A stretch of 64,000 nucleotides of DNA from Podarcis filfolensis (lineage: Eukaryota): NCBI GenBank assembly GCA_964270895.1, contig OZ185444.1. The stretch is one strand, 5' to 3'. Of the stretch, positions 26,184 to 38,803 are shown one piece after another. Each line of letters starts with the position of its first letter. Position 1 is the first letter of the stretch. The position numbers and the translations under genes are program-made. The notes below the pieces were generated by a model that saw only the letters and a program-made list of their open reading frames with translations, did not search any database and was not told the origin of the DNA.

Positions 26184-29100
26184 TTTGCCCGTACATAAAT
26201 TGTTGCAGCTGAAGCTGATAAATGCTTGGGACATAACTTGAAAAGTCATTCCTAGTAAAGAGAATGTGATTTTTTTAAATGTTCAATATTGGGTTATCCT
26301 GTTGTCTGTTTTCTTCTTCTTCTGTGTAATCATGTTATAATCTGTATGGATATAGCCACAACATAGTCCAGTATGTTTACAAATGCTTTCTTCATTACTA
26401 ATCATCCACTCTGTTGTTAGCTAGTTTATAAAGCAATACTCCATAGACAGCAATTTTAGTCGCCATGTTTGTTCTCTGTCATTATCCCTGGCCACTGGTC
26501 ATGTTGGCTGAGACTGATGTGAGGTATAGTCCAATCAGATTTGAAAGCCTATCCCTGCTCCAGAACATCATCTTGGCATTTCTCCAAATACTACTAAGAT
26601 TATAATGAACATTTACAGCCTGCTCTTCAATTCCTGGGTGGGAAACAAGGAAATGAAATAGCAATAAAAATACACACAGAGAAAAAAAGTTACAAAATTT
26701 ACAGAATCCATAAAGGATCAATCAATAATTCAGGCAGTATAGTTTCTTCATCATAAAATAACTAAAACAAAATAATAGTGAGGACAATAATTAGGATCTC
26801 CAGTTCAACCAAATATTTGGTTAAAGAACTGGACATCCAACCAATGAAAACAACCAAAGGGCATTGCGTTCCCACCCTATTTCTCATCTGGGGCACTCAC
26901 TCCTTCTGTGCCTCTCATATAAAGAGGCCCCCACACTGTGCCAACAGACTCTCACTCTGCCAGCTTGGCTGATAGGTGTGAATAAAGGGTTAGCTGTGAG
27001 GTTACGACACTGCTCATAGTGATGCATCAATATGATAGCTTACTTCAAGGTAAATGGCGTCATGCTAAAATAGATTGGCATTATCTGTCATATGGATATG
27101 ACCTTAGAGAATTCTATTTCATATTGCGACTTTCAGTTCCCATGAAATGTAATATGAAGATGAATGCACCTGACAAACTATTAATCTCTATAGAACAAGC
27201 AAATTATTATATAAGTTATGAAATGCTCTGAAAACCCAGGAAAGTTCCTTAAAGGGGGGGGGGTGGCGAACCCAGGAAACAATTAGTCAAAGCTCCAGCT
27301 TTGGTCCTTTTGACCTCTCGGTATACCATTGAGTGAGCACTACGACATCTAATTAGGTAGCTTCTTACAGAAAGATTAGAGGTAGCCATATATTCAGATA
27401 TACTAGCAAATCCACTTGGTATGGCAAGTGGGCACTGCTGTCTGGTCTGTGTGAAGAGAAGCCAGACATCCAGCTTTTAAGCTAGAGAGGTGAGTGAAGA
27501 TTGCATGCATGTGTTACCACAACTGCCCCTGCTCAAAAGTTGGGAGAAAAGGAGGTGTCTGAAGAACCTTGGCCACACAGAGGCAAAATGGGCAACGTTC
27601 CCCACAGCTGGTGTTCCCTGCTCTACTGCAGGAAAGGAAGGTGTGGGTGAGAATTGGATTCTTCTGCCTAAAAGCCCTTGTAGTGCCTTCAGGCAGTGAA
27701 GCACAGAAATGCATGCTCCTTGTTGAGAAGCCAGGGGAATTGTCGCTTAAAGTCGATGACCAGCAAGGTTTGCTCTCTGTCTGACCTTTCCTTCAGAAAA
27801 GGAACTATAGTCTGATTTGCTTGCATGGAGCTCTAGATACACTGGATCCGTATCAAAGAGTGCAATCCAATGTGAATTCAATTCAGAAGTAAGTCCCCCC
27901 ATGTTTAATGGAGTTTGCTTCCAGGGAAGAGAGCAATAGAATTGCATTGTAAAGATATACAGATGTAAATGCTTAAACGTATTCCATTCTTTTCCTCCCA
28001 GCTCCTTCTATTATTTCAAGGTTTAAAGTCCCCTTAAACATCCCCAGGGTCTGCTAGTAGCTGAAGGGAAATGGTTGGATTCTGCTAGGTGAGGAAAATA
28101 TGGAATGCTAAATGTGACAGACATTAATTAGCTGGCTTTCACAAAGCAGATTTCTTTCCATTTATTGAAACAACAACAAGAACAACAGCAGCAAAGGCTG
28201 GTCATCCCATGGTCCATTCAGCATTCAGATCCCAAGAGTGTCTGGGGTTTGCCAAGCTAGGTTTCCTGTGCTAATGTGGAGAGGAAGTTCTTGTCAATAC
28301 AGCAGAGGGTGGGTTTTTTGTTTGTGAATTGCTCTGTAAGACCACAACAGAGATATAGCAGTGCCTTCAAAATGTAATGGAGATGTGTGACTGAAATGTC
28401 ACTTAGCTGCAATATTCTGAAACAGAATTTTAAATGTTTATATATTATTATTATTTATTATGAGCTGTGGTTCGGCACTTTTCTTTTTGCTTCTTAATCC
28501 AGCTTGCCACACCCGCCCAAAGGCCACGTCTTGCCTAAATGGTATTTTTAAATGGAAAAGTTTCACTACTTTAAAATACATTTATAACATATTTTTATAA
28601 GTGTCTCCTAAAGCAATACATTCTATTTTATATTTTAACTCGGCATACTTAAATGAAAGGATGCCTGGTTTTGCTATGGAAGTCTTATATTTGTAGTTGG
28701 TTGTTAGAATTTTTGCAGTGTAAAAGTGTGCAGTGATCAGATACATGTTGTTTTTAGCTATACAGTCCTCATGCTCTATTAACTGTGGTGTTAGGAAAAT
28801 AGCTGTTGGCAATTTTCCATCCTGTTGGTACACTTAGTATTTATGTTAAAAACTCCGCTTTTGGGAGGGCTGCACCAATTCTCTCTTCTAAATATTTTCA
28901 GATGAGAATGCATTTCTTTACTTGATGAATGTCTTATATACCACAACGGCTGAACATTGTGCACTGTCAGTGCAACTTAGAATTGCCACAATCTGGCTTC
29001 TCCCTCTGCCTCTGTATGTATTCTGTCAGTGTCAATTCTTTGATCTAATATAGACTGAGATGGGGCAGGGAGAGTCTGCATTAAGAACTTACAAGCAATG

Positions 29101-30859
29101 AAGCAGAGAGGAAATATTTGTGTTGTGAGTTTTGCATTAGCTTTCCTCACTAGAAACTTTCTGAAAGATGCTTGCTCTCGCAAAACACCATGAATAAATT
29201 CTGATGGATTCTTTCAGGTATTGTTTCATAAGACAAAGCATTGCTTATAATTTCAGTGCTGTTTGTACATGAAATATAATTCACTGTCAGTGGAAAATTG
29301 AATTCATTTTTCAGTTCATCACTGAATGATTTGATGCTTTTTTAAAATTGTAAAACTATGGACAATGAATAGGTGCTATAAAAATGTATAAGGCATTTAA
29401 AAATATGCATGTCACATACTAAATATAACAGAAAAAGGCTTTTTAAAAATATGATGACTTAACTTTTCTTTCCATGTAGCAACTTATTTTTTCCTTCTTC
29501 ACCTTCTCCCCACTCATAGTTCTTTCTTCTGTCTTCTACCCTTGGGATCTTTAAATTTTACAATGCATTAAGCATCTGTTATATCAAAAGCTATCCATTG
29601 TTTATGCCACTTAATATTAAGAAATACTTCGTTGTGCAATAGGAAGTAATAAAAAGTCAACAATGAACTGCTGTATGTCAGTTATTTTTCCTCAGGGGTC
29701 TCTAACATGCATTTGACTCTGACTGAAATAATGACATACAGTTTTAGATTGCTATCTTATCTCCACAGCCTTCCACAGTAAGGGCGAAACGAAATGCGAT
29801 AACTGCAGACTTGTATAGAGAATTGGGTCTGCCCTCAACTACCTATAAAATGCTTAGGTATAAGGGCTATTTAAAGTGGGAGTGGGCCATTGAGCGCTTC
29901 CACCCAAATTGCTTTATTTACATGCTTTTCTTCTGGCTAGGTTCCAGTGATAAAAAGCCTCCCCCCCCCATCCACCATGGATGAAAAAGCAGTCTTTAAA
30001 AAGTGGGTTGGGGTGGGAAAATTGTTTCCTGCTTGCCCACTCTCTCTCCATGCAGTTTTAATAGAGAATTTCCAGGACCCGAGTTCCTTCTTGGCATTCT
30101 CATGTCTAGTTCCACTGTCACGTCTAGTTGTGCCCTAAAAGAGCATTTAAAAAACAAAGATTGTGTAGCCACTTTAGTCAGTTATGAATGCTAATATATG
30201 TATTTCAGTAGACAGATGTATTACAGAAAGGTGCATGCATGGTGTTTTGAGTAAGTGTTATAGATTACTTCATCATTTCAGATAAGGGTATGTAAATCCC
30301 TTTCCTGAGAGCATAAATAATCAGTAGCACTGCTACCTACAAGGGATTAAAAGAAAAGAGAAGAACAGCTTCTGCTAGCTTTCCAACAAACCCATTAAAT
30401 ACGTGTTTGTTTTAAAACTCTGGGTTGATAATTGTTTTTAAGGATTAATATGGCTCTCTACATCTTTCTGTTTGAGGGACACGCCATATTTGTTTTCATT
30501 TTTGACAGCTGTCTTTCTTTCCCTGGTGATTTCTGTTCCACTTGTTTGTTTTTCTTGGGTCTTAACAACTGTAAGATTGTTATGTAGGATTATTTTACAT
30601 TTTGAAACTTTGGGACAGGACCTTGAGTAGCATGGCTGATCTGTGTATGCAGCCATGGAATTATGTCCTTTAATTTAGAAACTTTCCACTATAGTCTCTT
30701 GTGTGATTAGTTGGAAAAGACCTACAACAAACAAGTATGTCTTACATGTCTTTTTCCAGGGAGAGCTGAAGTTCTTTTGGAAAGTAAAATGCTTTGCATG
30801 CTCCTGGATGGACCAGTGATCTGGCTTGGTATAAAGGCTGCTTCATAAGTTCACATTTA

Positions 30860-31740
30860 GGTGTTGCTTGTTGGCGCCTGTCTTTTGCGAGAGACAATGG
30901 AGTCCAACTGCTGGAGAATCACAATGCCTTCTGTGGCAACTGCTACTTGCCGTGTTGTTTTTGCTGCATTAGCAGCCCCTAAGTGACTTTTCTGGGGTGC
31001 AATCAGTGTGTATGGAGATCCTGGGCTGCCCAGACAATAAGACCTCAGTAAGGTGATCCAAAAGAAAGCAGGACAATACTTTTGGTACCAGTTTGGCCTT
31101 AGGAGTTGCTGGAAGGAGGCATACAAGGTGCCATCCAACAGTCTTAGGGACTCCACTCCGGATTTGTGTAGTGTTTGCTCCCTAGCCTTTTATTCTCCCA
31201 AATATGTTCCACAAGGTATTGGGTATGGGTTGTTCCTCAGGGTTTACTCCTGAAGCCTTTCTCACAAATAACTATGGCTGTAAGGAAGCAGAAGTTTAGG
31301 ACCAGAGTTTTCCTTCTCCTAGATGAGCTACCTTCACCGGTTGAGAAGCACCACTTCATTTCCCTCTACAGCACATGGAGAAACCACCTTCTTGATTGTT
31401 GGACCTGCTCTTGGTCTTGTCTTCTCAATCCTCTGGAGCCTGTCTTTGCATGCAGGTGATAGACAACTCTCTAACTCCACTGATTCAGTGAGGGCTTAAG
31501 ACCCATTGGCTACCCTGACCAGGTTTAGCTGGCAAGTCAGAAGCCATTTCCTGGGATGTGATGGTAGGATCATATTTGGAATTCCGGTCACCATACGTCA
31601 CAAGCATAGCCCTGTCTAAACAGTCCCACCATGTGCAAAGGCTTGGAAGTGATTTGATACTGAGTTGATGAGCTTTTAGACTTTGGTACAGCTAGAGAAA
31701 TAGACTGGGTGGTGGGGGAGGGAGCCACAGGCATCCTCTG
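30860..31740 (-). mobile_element. RTE-clade LINE 5'-UTR fragment
   Basis: Collinear, diverged homology to 57390-58480 (gggctgcccag, ttagggactccactcc, gagttttccttctcctag, acccattggctaccct). RTE assignment is from recalled motifs (ggagaaggaaaactc; aaaccaggtgagggtagcc). Confidence 0.6.
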
Positions 31741-32512
31741 AAATCAGTTTGGTTCTTGCTGCTGCTGCTGCTGCTCTGCACACCCAACAGGTGTCGATGG
31801 TGAGGCCTCTACTTTAGTATCCTGTGTCTCCTGTTCGCTAACTAAATTCATTCTGAAAGTCAGATCATGAGCAAGAGGTGATGTATTAGTTAGCAATTTC
31901 CTTTATTAAGTTGCCTAGCATATCCCATTATAAGGGAACACTTTGTAAAAGTTCACACACAAGTTCTAGTTTCCTTTAATTGCCACTTGAAGCTTTGGGG
32001 AAAGTGTGATAAATGTAAGTTGTAGATTTCTGCTTTTATAACGTAATAAAGGGATATTACAGAAAGCAAAAGAAAATTTCTCTTAAGAGACCAAGGTTTT
32101 GTCTTGTCTGATAAATGTTTTCCTTGAATGTTGGATTGTTTAGCAACCCTTGAGTTTCTCTCTTTTGTAATGTGTAGCTCAGCTTACTTGTTTGGTCAGT
32201 CTGAATTCTTGTATTAAACTGATTCTTTGAATAAGGCTCGTCCTTCTTATATGAGGCAATTCTTCTCTCTTGATGTGCTTCCACAAGAACAGAGTCAGTA
32301 CTTTTTTAACCTAAATAATAATGCAGGAACAAAATTAGATGATCTAATTCAGATTCGCAAGTTGAAAAGCTTTAGCACTGGCCATGATTAAGTTTGGGCA
32401 AAATTGACAAAAGACACTTAAAAGTATTCTTTGTGATTTTTTTGCAGCCCCACATCTTTGCACTTTCTAGTGCTAGTAAGCATTTTGATGGGAAGACTGC
32501 TGGCCTTCGAGA

Positions 32513-32871
32513 GGGACATGGGTGGCGCTGTGGGTTAAACCACAGAGCCTAGGACTTGCCAGTCAGAAGGTCGGTGGTTCGAATCCCCGTGACAGGGTGA
32601 GCTCCCGTTGTTCGGTCCCTGCTCCTGCCAACCTAGCAGTTCAAAAGCACGTCAAAGTGCAGGTAGATAAATAGGTACCACTCCAGTGGGAAGGTAAATG
32701 GCGTTTCCGTGCACTGCTCTGGTTCGCCAGAAACGGCTTAGTCATGCTGGCCACATAACCCGGAAGCTGTACGCCGGCTCCCTCAGCCAGTAAAGCGAGA
32801 TGAGCGCCGCAACCCCAGAGTCAGTCACGACTGGACCTAATGGTCAGGGGTCCTTTTACCTTTACCTTTAC
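32513..32871 (+). mobile_element. Full-length Sauria SINE
   Basis: Complete head gggac..gggtggcgctgtgg to (tttacc)n tail. 12-bp TSD ctgctggccttc at 32497-32508 and 32872-32883, with 4 extra nt (gaga) before the head. Confidence 0.96.
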
Positions 32872-33581
32872 CTGCTGGCCTTCAGTGTGCATACCAAAGG
32901 AGGATCCCCCCCCCCCCCAGCGTCCCTGCACCCTCGCCTCTTTTGTGAGAGAGCCTATGGCTCAGCAAGTCCCATTCCACAACTGTTGAGCTTACAGCAA
33001 CAAGTTGCCCTCCCTCCTTGATCTCTCCCACTAGGTTTTAACACTTGCTGGATTTAGGAATTAGAAGGTGCTCAGGCATGCAGCCTAACCCTCTGCCCCC
33101 CCCATAACAATAGAAATACTTAGCTTAAAATCTTATTATGGATTCGGATTCACCTGAAAAGGCATAATCCAAGCAGAACACAACTGCATCAGAAAGCTTT
33201 TGAGAACACAAAGAGATTCAGAAGTACAAAAAAAATGGAGGGGGACCCAAAATATCCTAAGGAGTACAGCACATATTCACTGGGCATGAAGGAATGCTGA
33301 CGTATAAGGGGAGGAGAATTGAAAACCGGAGAGAATGGAATGATGTATCCTTGGAAAAGTAATGGCTGGCTGACTGTAATTATGTACATTTTTTTGCAGG
33401 TCTTGCTTTATTTTATTTTTAAAATCTATACCGCTTTTGCAACATCTAGGTCCCACAGCGACTTTTATACAAAATGACAATATACTGCCTCACATCTTGC
33501 ATAACTGTGTAGCTATTTAGTGAACATTACTTAATGTGTTTGTAGCAATGTATTTATTTGTTAAATATTATGGGTTAATTA

Positions 33582-33931
33582 AAGGTAAAAGGACCCCTGA
33601 CCATTAGGTCCAGTCGTGACCAACTCTGTGGTTGCGGTGCTCATCTCGCTTTATTGGCCGAGGGAGCTGGCGAACAGCTTCCGAGTCATGTGGCCAGCAT
33701 GACTAAGCAGCTTCTGGCGAACCAGAGCAGTGCACGGAAATGCCATTTACCTTCCCGCTGGAGTGGTACCTATTTATCTACTCACACTTTGACGTGCTTT
33801 CGAACTGCTAGGTTGGCAGGAGCAGGGACCGAGCAACAGGAGCTCACCCCGTCACGGGGATTCGAACTGCCAACCTTCTGATCAGCAAGTCCTAGGCTCT
33901 GTGGTTTAACCCACAGTGCCACCCGCGTCCC
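33582..33931 (-). mobile_element. Full-length Sauria SINE
   Basis: Perfect 12-bp TSD atgggttaatta at 33570-33581 and 33932-33943. Confidence 0.96.
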
Positions 33932-35665
33932 ATGGGTTAATTACAAGTCACAAAATTCTCCTTATTTTATCTGTGCATTGTTATAAATTATATTTTGTAT
34001 TCAAAGCAGTTGGTGTGACAACATGTTTCATTGCTTCTTTATAAGTATAGCTTTATGAATAGTATATGCTTCAATAAGAGCACTGAGATCACATCCTTAT
34101 ATCAGATACTGAGTTTATGGCTGTCCTACCCTTCTTCTGAATCATCAGATATGGCTACAGTGCTGTATGAAACAATAGCATTTAGATCCCACACTGTTTT
34201 TTGAAAAGCTGTCTTTATAAAACACTAATTAAACTACATTTTTTCTAACAAAATGTTAGAGTCATTTTCACATTCTTTGGATTTAATTGGTCAGCATTAA
34301 ACATGAGACAGAAGTGTGAACATGTTGGGAATGTGGGCTTGGAATAACATATCTTTGTTTGAGACTCTGTCCTGCCATGAGATACCCAAAATCTTCCTGA
34401 TGCAGCACATGTAGATGGCGTTGAGGCGTCATTCCTGGCGGGTGTAAGTTGCCCATGTCTAAAGACGTGTGGTCACCACAGTCAGTCAGGTGGTGTACCC
34501 ACAGAAGTGGCCAGAGGAGGAATGACCCCAGAGAGGAGGAGAGAAAGAAGAAATACCTTCATCTGCAGCAAAACCAGTCTCTCCCATACTAGTTTCTACA
34601 GCCACTGCAGGCTGCAGCCCAAAGTGAAACACTGAGCTTTTTTACTTGTTCTGAAATTATTTCTGTACATCTCTGCATCAAAATAGTTTGCTGCTATCTT
34701 GTGAGTAGGGAGCAGCCATGATATTCTAAGAAAAGCTGCAGAGTATTTTAAAGAATCCTAGTGCAAGGAATTGGACTGGACACTTTCTAAATAGGAAAAT
34801 TCAAAGATAATTGCACAACAGCAGGGACTCCTGTTCGGTAGTTTACTTAGCATTTGGTTGAGCTACGCCTGCATATGGCTCTGCGCTATGGGTCAATTAG
34901 TTATGTTTGCCCACACAGAAATTAATAGCTATATGACAGTCTGCAAGGGAATAGAACCTCCTGGAATTCATTGCAGCTACAAAGAAAGGATTTGCCTAGA
35001 GAAAGAATAGGATAGAATTTAGTGTGTATAAATAAACTGGGACTACATTTTGACCAGGAACTGATGATAATATAGAAGCTAGTTCAGGAGTCAATTCAGT
35101 ACAAGTTAGTACCGGTATTTTCTAGTATGCCCAGGGAAAGGGAAAAGGTAGATAAACAACAGCTGTGTAAGCAATAGTCATGGGGACACATGCAGAGAAG
35201 TTGCAAATGTAGGGCACACCTGCTGCAGGTAGATGTCTTGCAAGCTTTTCTGTTATGCATACTTGATAATTTCAAGGTAGGGGTGCCCAAGGGCTTTATG
35301 TAATTGACTAAGCAAATTGAAAAGGAACCACCACTTTTAAATTAGATAGCAACGAAAAGAAACTTAGATGTGAGCCCAAAGACAAATGTGAAATTAAAAA
35401 AACAGATTGTTCTTCAAATCACTTTTAAATGGCTAGTGTTATACTGATAGTTTCTGTTTTGCATCATGATTATACTGGTTAAGAATAATGGGTTCTAATC
35501 ATATACTGTTGCACAACTCGAATAATTATGATGCTTTAATTAAATGTTTGGAAACAAAAGATACTAGGACCTTACATACAGATTTTGCTACACAAATATT
35601 TGAATCATATCCACATGATATTATTTTACTGGGGAAAAAATGAATTTCTAAAACCCATTTATCCA

Positions 35666-36100
35666 ATTGGAAAACTCAGGAGCTACCCACTGTGGAAGAA
35701 TGGCAGATGCAACTGATGGACTATATGCAACTAGCCGAGATGACCGGCAGAATTCGAGACCAGGGAGAAGAAAGGATGGAAGAAGACTGGAGGAAATTTA
35801 AGACTTATTTACAAAAATATTGTAATCTGGCTGAGTGCTGAATAGGATGCCAGTGCAGACAATTGTCTACCATTAAAATAGATTTAAAGTCGAATTATAT
35901 GTCAAACCAAATTAAGATTATTAATTAAGATGAGTTAAATGATAATTTGCTTGAAAATAATTTAATAATGATGTAAGTGTATGCGGGAGGTGTGGGGGAG
36001 TCCCATGTAACAATTGAAAGATGTTAAATGGACAACGATAAGTGCTTATTTGATATATGTTTTATTTGAAAACTTTAATAAATATATTATAAAAAAAAAA
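35666..36100 (+). mobile_element. 5'-truncated L1 insertion (ORF2 C-terminus, 3' UTR, poly-A)
   Basis: Open frame WKTQELPTVEEWQMQLMDYMQLAEMTGRIRDQGEERMEEDWRKFKTYLQKYCNLAEC*, AATAAA at about 36077, A10 tail, perfect 17-bp TSD taaaacccatttatcca (35649-35665, 36101-36117). Confidence 0.92.
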
Positions 36101-36365
36101 TAAAACCCATTTATCCAGCTGCCAAAAACAAAGGAGTTACTCCATTTGCTTTGGCACAGGGTGAATATAACAAGCACACAGTACTACGCTAGAGCCTTTT
36201 CTCAGGACCAGCAGATACTCCAGGTGTTATAAAGACCTTCAGTGATAACCATTGTTAGTTATATGAAATCAATGGATGCATATAGCCTACATACCCTGGA
36301 GTATAACTTAGTTGGATATACTGCCTTTTATGAATGAAGTGATAGGACCACACTACCCACCAATA

Positions 36366-36591
36366 CAGTGGTTCCTCTGGTTAAGAACTTAATTCATTCT
36401 GGAGGTCCGTTCTTAACCTGAAACTGTTCTTAACCTGAAGCACCACTTTAGCTAATGGGGCCTCCCGCTGCCGCCGCGCTGCTGGAGCACAATTTCTGTT
36501 CTCATCCTGAAGCAAAGCTCTTAACCCGAGGTACTATTTCTGGGTTAGCAGAGTCTGTAACCTGAAGCGTCTGTAACCCGAGGTACCACTG
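36366..36591 (-). mobile_element. Tc1/mariner (Tigger-like) MITE
   Basis: Same family as 12915 in reverse, TA flanks. Confidence 0.92.
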
Positions 36592-36740
36592 TATAAGGAA
36601 ATCAGTATTTTGACTGATTTCGCAGATTGAACAAAATGGAATGAAAATAATTCAAGGAGACAAAAATAAAAATTGCTTCAGTTTCCAATTAAGTAGGTTG
36701 TTGTAATGCAAACAGAAATTGTGGTTGGTCTCGGCTATGG

Positions 36741-37080
36741 CTGGGGTGGGGAAACTTTTCCTCTCAGCAGACTGATTCCCTGTCTCCCCATACCTGACTG
36801 GCTACTTGGATAGGTAGGTGGGGCCATGATCTCTGGTTACCAGTTTTTTCCTTTGCACTCAAGCTGAACTGCAAAGAAAGATGTCAGCCTATCCAAGCAA
36901 GGCTTGAAGTTATTGCCAATCAGCTGATTGGGGGTAATTGTAAGCCTGCTTGGATCAGCTGCACTCCGGAGTGCCTGACTGTAAATTCTTGGAATCTAGC
37001 CAGTTGAATTAGGGCTTGAAGTCACTGCTGAGTGACACTGACTTCAAGCCCACCTTTGGCAGGGATAACCTCCATTCCAG
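36741..37080. mobile_element. Possible old hAT-type non-autonomous element
   Basis: Left end ctggggtggggaaac resembles hAT caggggtggggaac termini; internal palindromes; no TSD seen. Confidence 0.3.
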
Positions 37081-37669
37081 AGTTCCTAATTTAAAAGGCA
37101 CTGCACACAATACACAGTTGCCAAGAAACAGTAAACTCTTATAGTTGTTCCTTTGCAGACTTGTCTTTACCACTCTTGACACCTGATGGAAACAAGCCAG
37201 ATTCAGAAATCATGAAGTTGTCTCGCTTGCTGCTCTAGAAGAGAAGATTTTTTTCAGCTAAAGTGGGCCATAAAAATGCCACAACACAAATTTCAGTGCG
37301 CAATATCCCAGCAGTGTTACCAGGGTAAAACATAAGAGATAGTGGTACTAGGAAGTACCACTTTTGGAAAGCCAACTTTGACAGGTGGGTGGGACAACCC
37401 ACTGAGTAGGATTTAACACAGAATGCCGTCAAGCCCATCAGCTGACATCAATAGTAATGTTGGATGATTGAGAGGTGGGTGTGAGCCAGATTGCATCCCT
37501 TGATAGGCCAAGATTGGCTTGTGAGCTGAGGCTCCCCATTCCGTCTCAAAGACTAGAACAACTATTAATGACACAAGCTCTTGTGGACTAGAGTCCATTT
37601 GATCAGATGAATGAAGTGTTATCCTAAACTGATTGATGTTTTCATTTTTTAATGTGGTATGTATTTTTC

Positions 37670-37745
37670 TGTTTTATATTGTAACCTACCCTCCCCGTAA
37701 TCCTCGGGTGAAGGGCAGTGTAGGAATTGTACTAATAACAATAAC
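37670..37745 (+). mobile_element. L2-type LINE 3' tail
   Basis: tgtttttatattgtaacctaccct...ggtgaagggcagtgtag...taataacaataac. Confidence 0.55.
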
Positions 37746-38648
37746 GGCCTATAATTAGCGTAAGGTACTGTAGGGTACTTTAGGCTGAGAAACATGCGAC
37801 TGTCTCATGAGCTTCAAGTCCAATATTCTAATCGTGGCTGGGTCAAATGTCATTCGTTTTGCTTCTCACCTTAAAAGTAGCAATTTCCTTTCATTTTACA
37901 TATGACTGTGTGCAGGATTTCTTTTATGACTTTTGTTTTCTCTCTTTGCTGCTATTTCAAAAATTAATGTTTTGAATATTAATATTTTTGCATGTGTTGA
38001 TCTGAGTTTGTCCTACCTATAAAACATTTGCTCCAAAGGTTTCTTTTAAAAATCACATTTTAAAAAATGACAATTTTTGGCATGAGGACAAATGTTTAAA
38101 ATTATCTTTAATACAGTATTGATAATGTTAGCTGTGAAGAAAAACTGAGTAATGCTGCACATATCTACTCAGAGGCTAGTTCCATTAAGTTCAAGGGTGC
38201 GCGTGTGTGTTAATCCCATATGTGAGTGGAGGAGTAACGTTCTGTAGAATTTGAATTTTCGGGTCCTGATTTAAGACAGTGTATTAAGCCATTATATTAC
38301 AGCTCCAACCTGATGAATAGGGATTTCCCATTATTTTACAGTTTATTTTTTTCTTGTTATTGTTTTGCTACCACAAACAGTGAGTGATACCAAATCCCAT
38401 TCAAAGTATCTTACAGCATCTTGAGACAAGGGAAGAAATGACACTAGAAGCGTCTCTTCTAACAGAAATAATTATTAGAGTTACTAGTGTGTTGTTGCAA
38501 AGAAACATAAATTAATGTTTTTATTTGCGCAGAGTTGTTTGGAAAAATAATTCTAAATATGGTTTATGGTTTTTTTTTATTTACCAGGAATTTTAGATCA
38601 TAATAGATCCCACAAGCGCAGTAAAAGTACATTTCATTCTGTTTCTAG

Positions 38649-38803
38649 ATTTATTAGCTGTGCCTAAGCATCCGTATGCTGCTATGGAAAACTGGGGACT
38701 AAGTGTTTTTGTGGAGCAGAGGATACTTCTGGATCCAAGCATTTCTTCCATATCATACTTACTTGATGTCACTATGGTCATTGTGCATGAGCTATGCCAT
38801 CAG
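38649..38803 (+). CDS. TRHDE: TRHDE coding exon (probable exon 4, 155 bp, phase 1 start): (D)LLAVPKHPYAAMENWGLSVFVEQRILLDPSISSISYLLDVTMVIVHELCHQ
   Basis: Acceptor gtttctag at 38641-38648, donor GTAGGA at 38804. Encodes the M1 exopeptidase motif in its TRHDE form (AAMEN) and the HEXXH zinc motif (HELCH). Not listed in the ORF track. Confidence 0.97.

Noticed and set aside
32057-32284. Minus ORF as an L1 ORF2 linker remnant
   Set aside because: Only compositional resemblance, no conserved motif.
38649-38657. Alternative in-frame acceptors (AG at +9 in exon 4; CAG/GAG tandem at exon 6)
   Set aside because: These are common sequence coincidences; GAG acceptors are weak and there is no transcript evidence.
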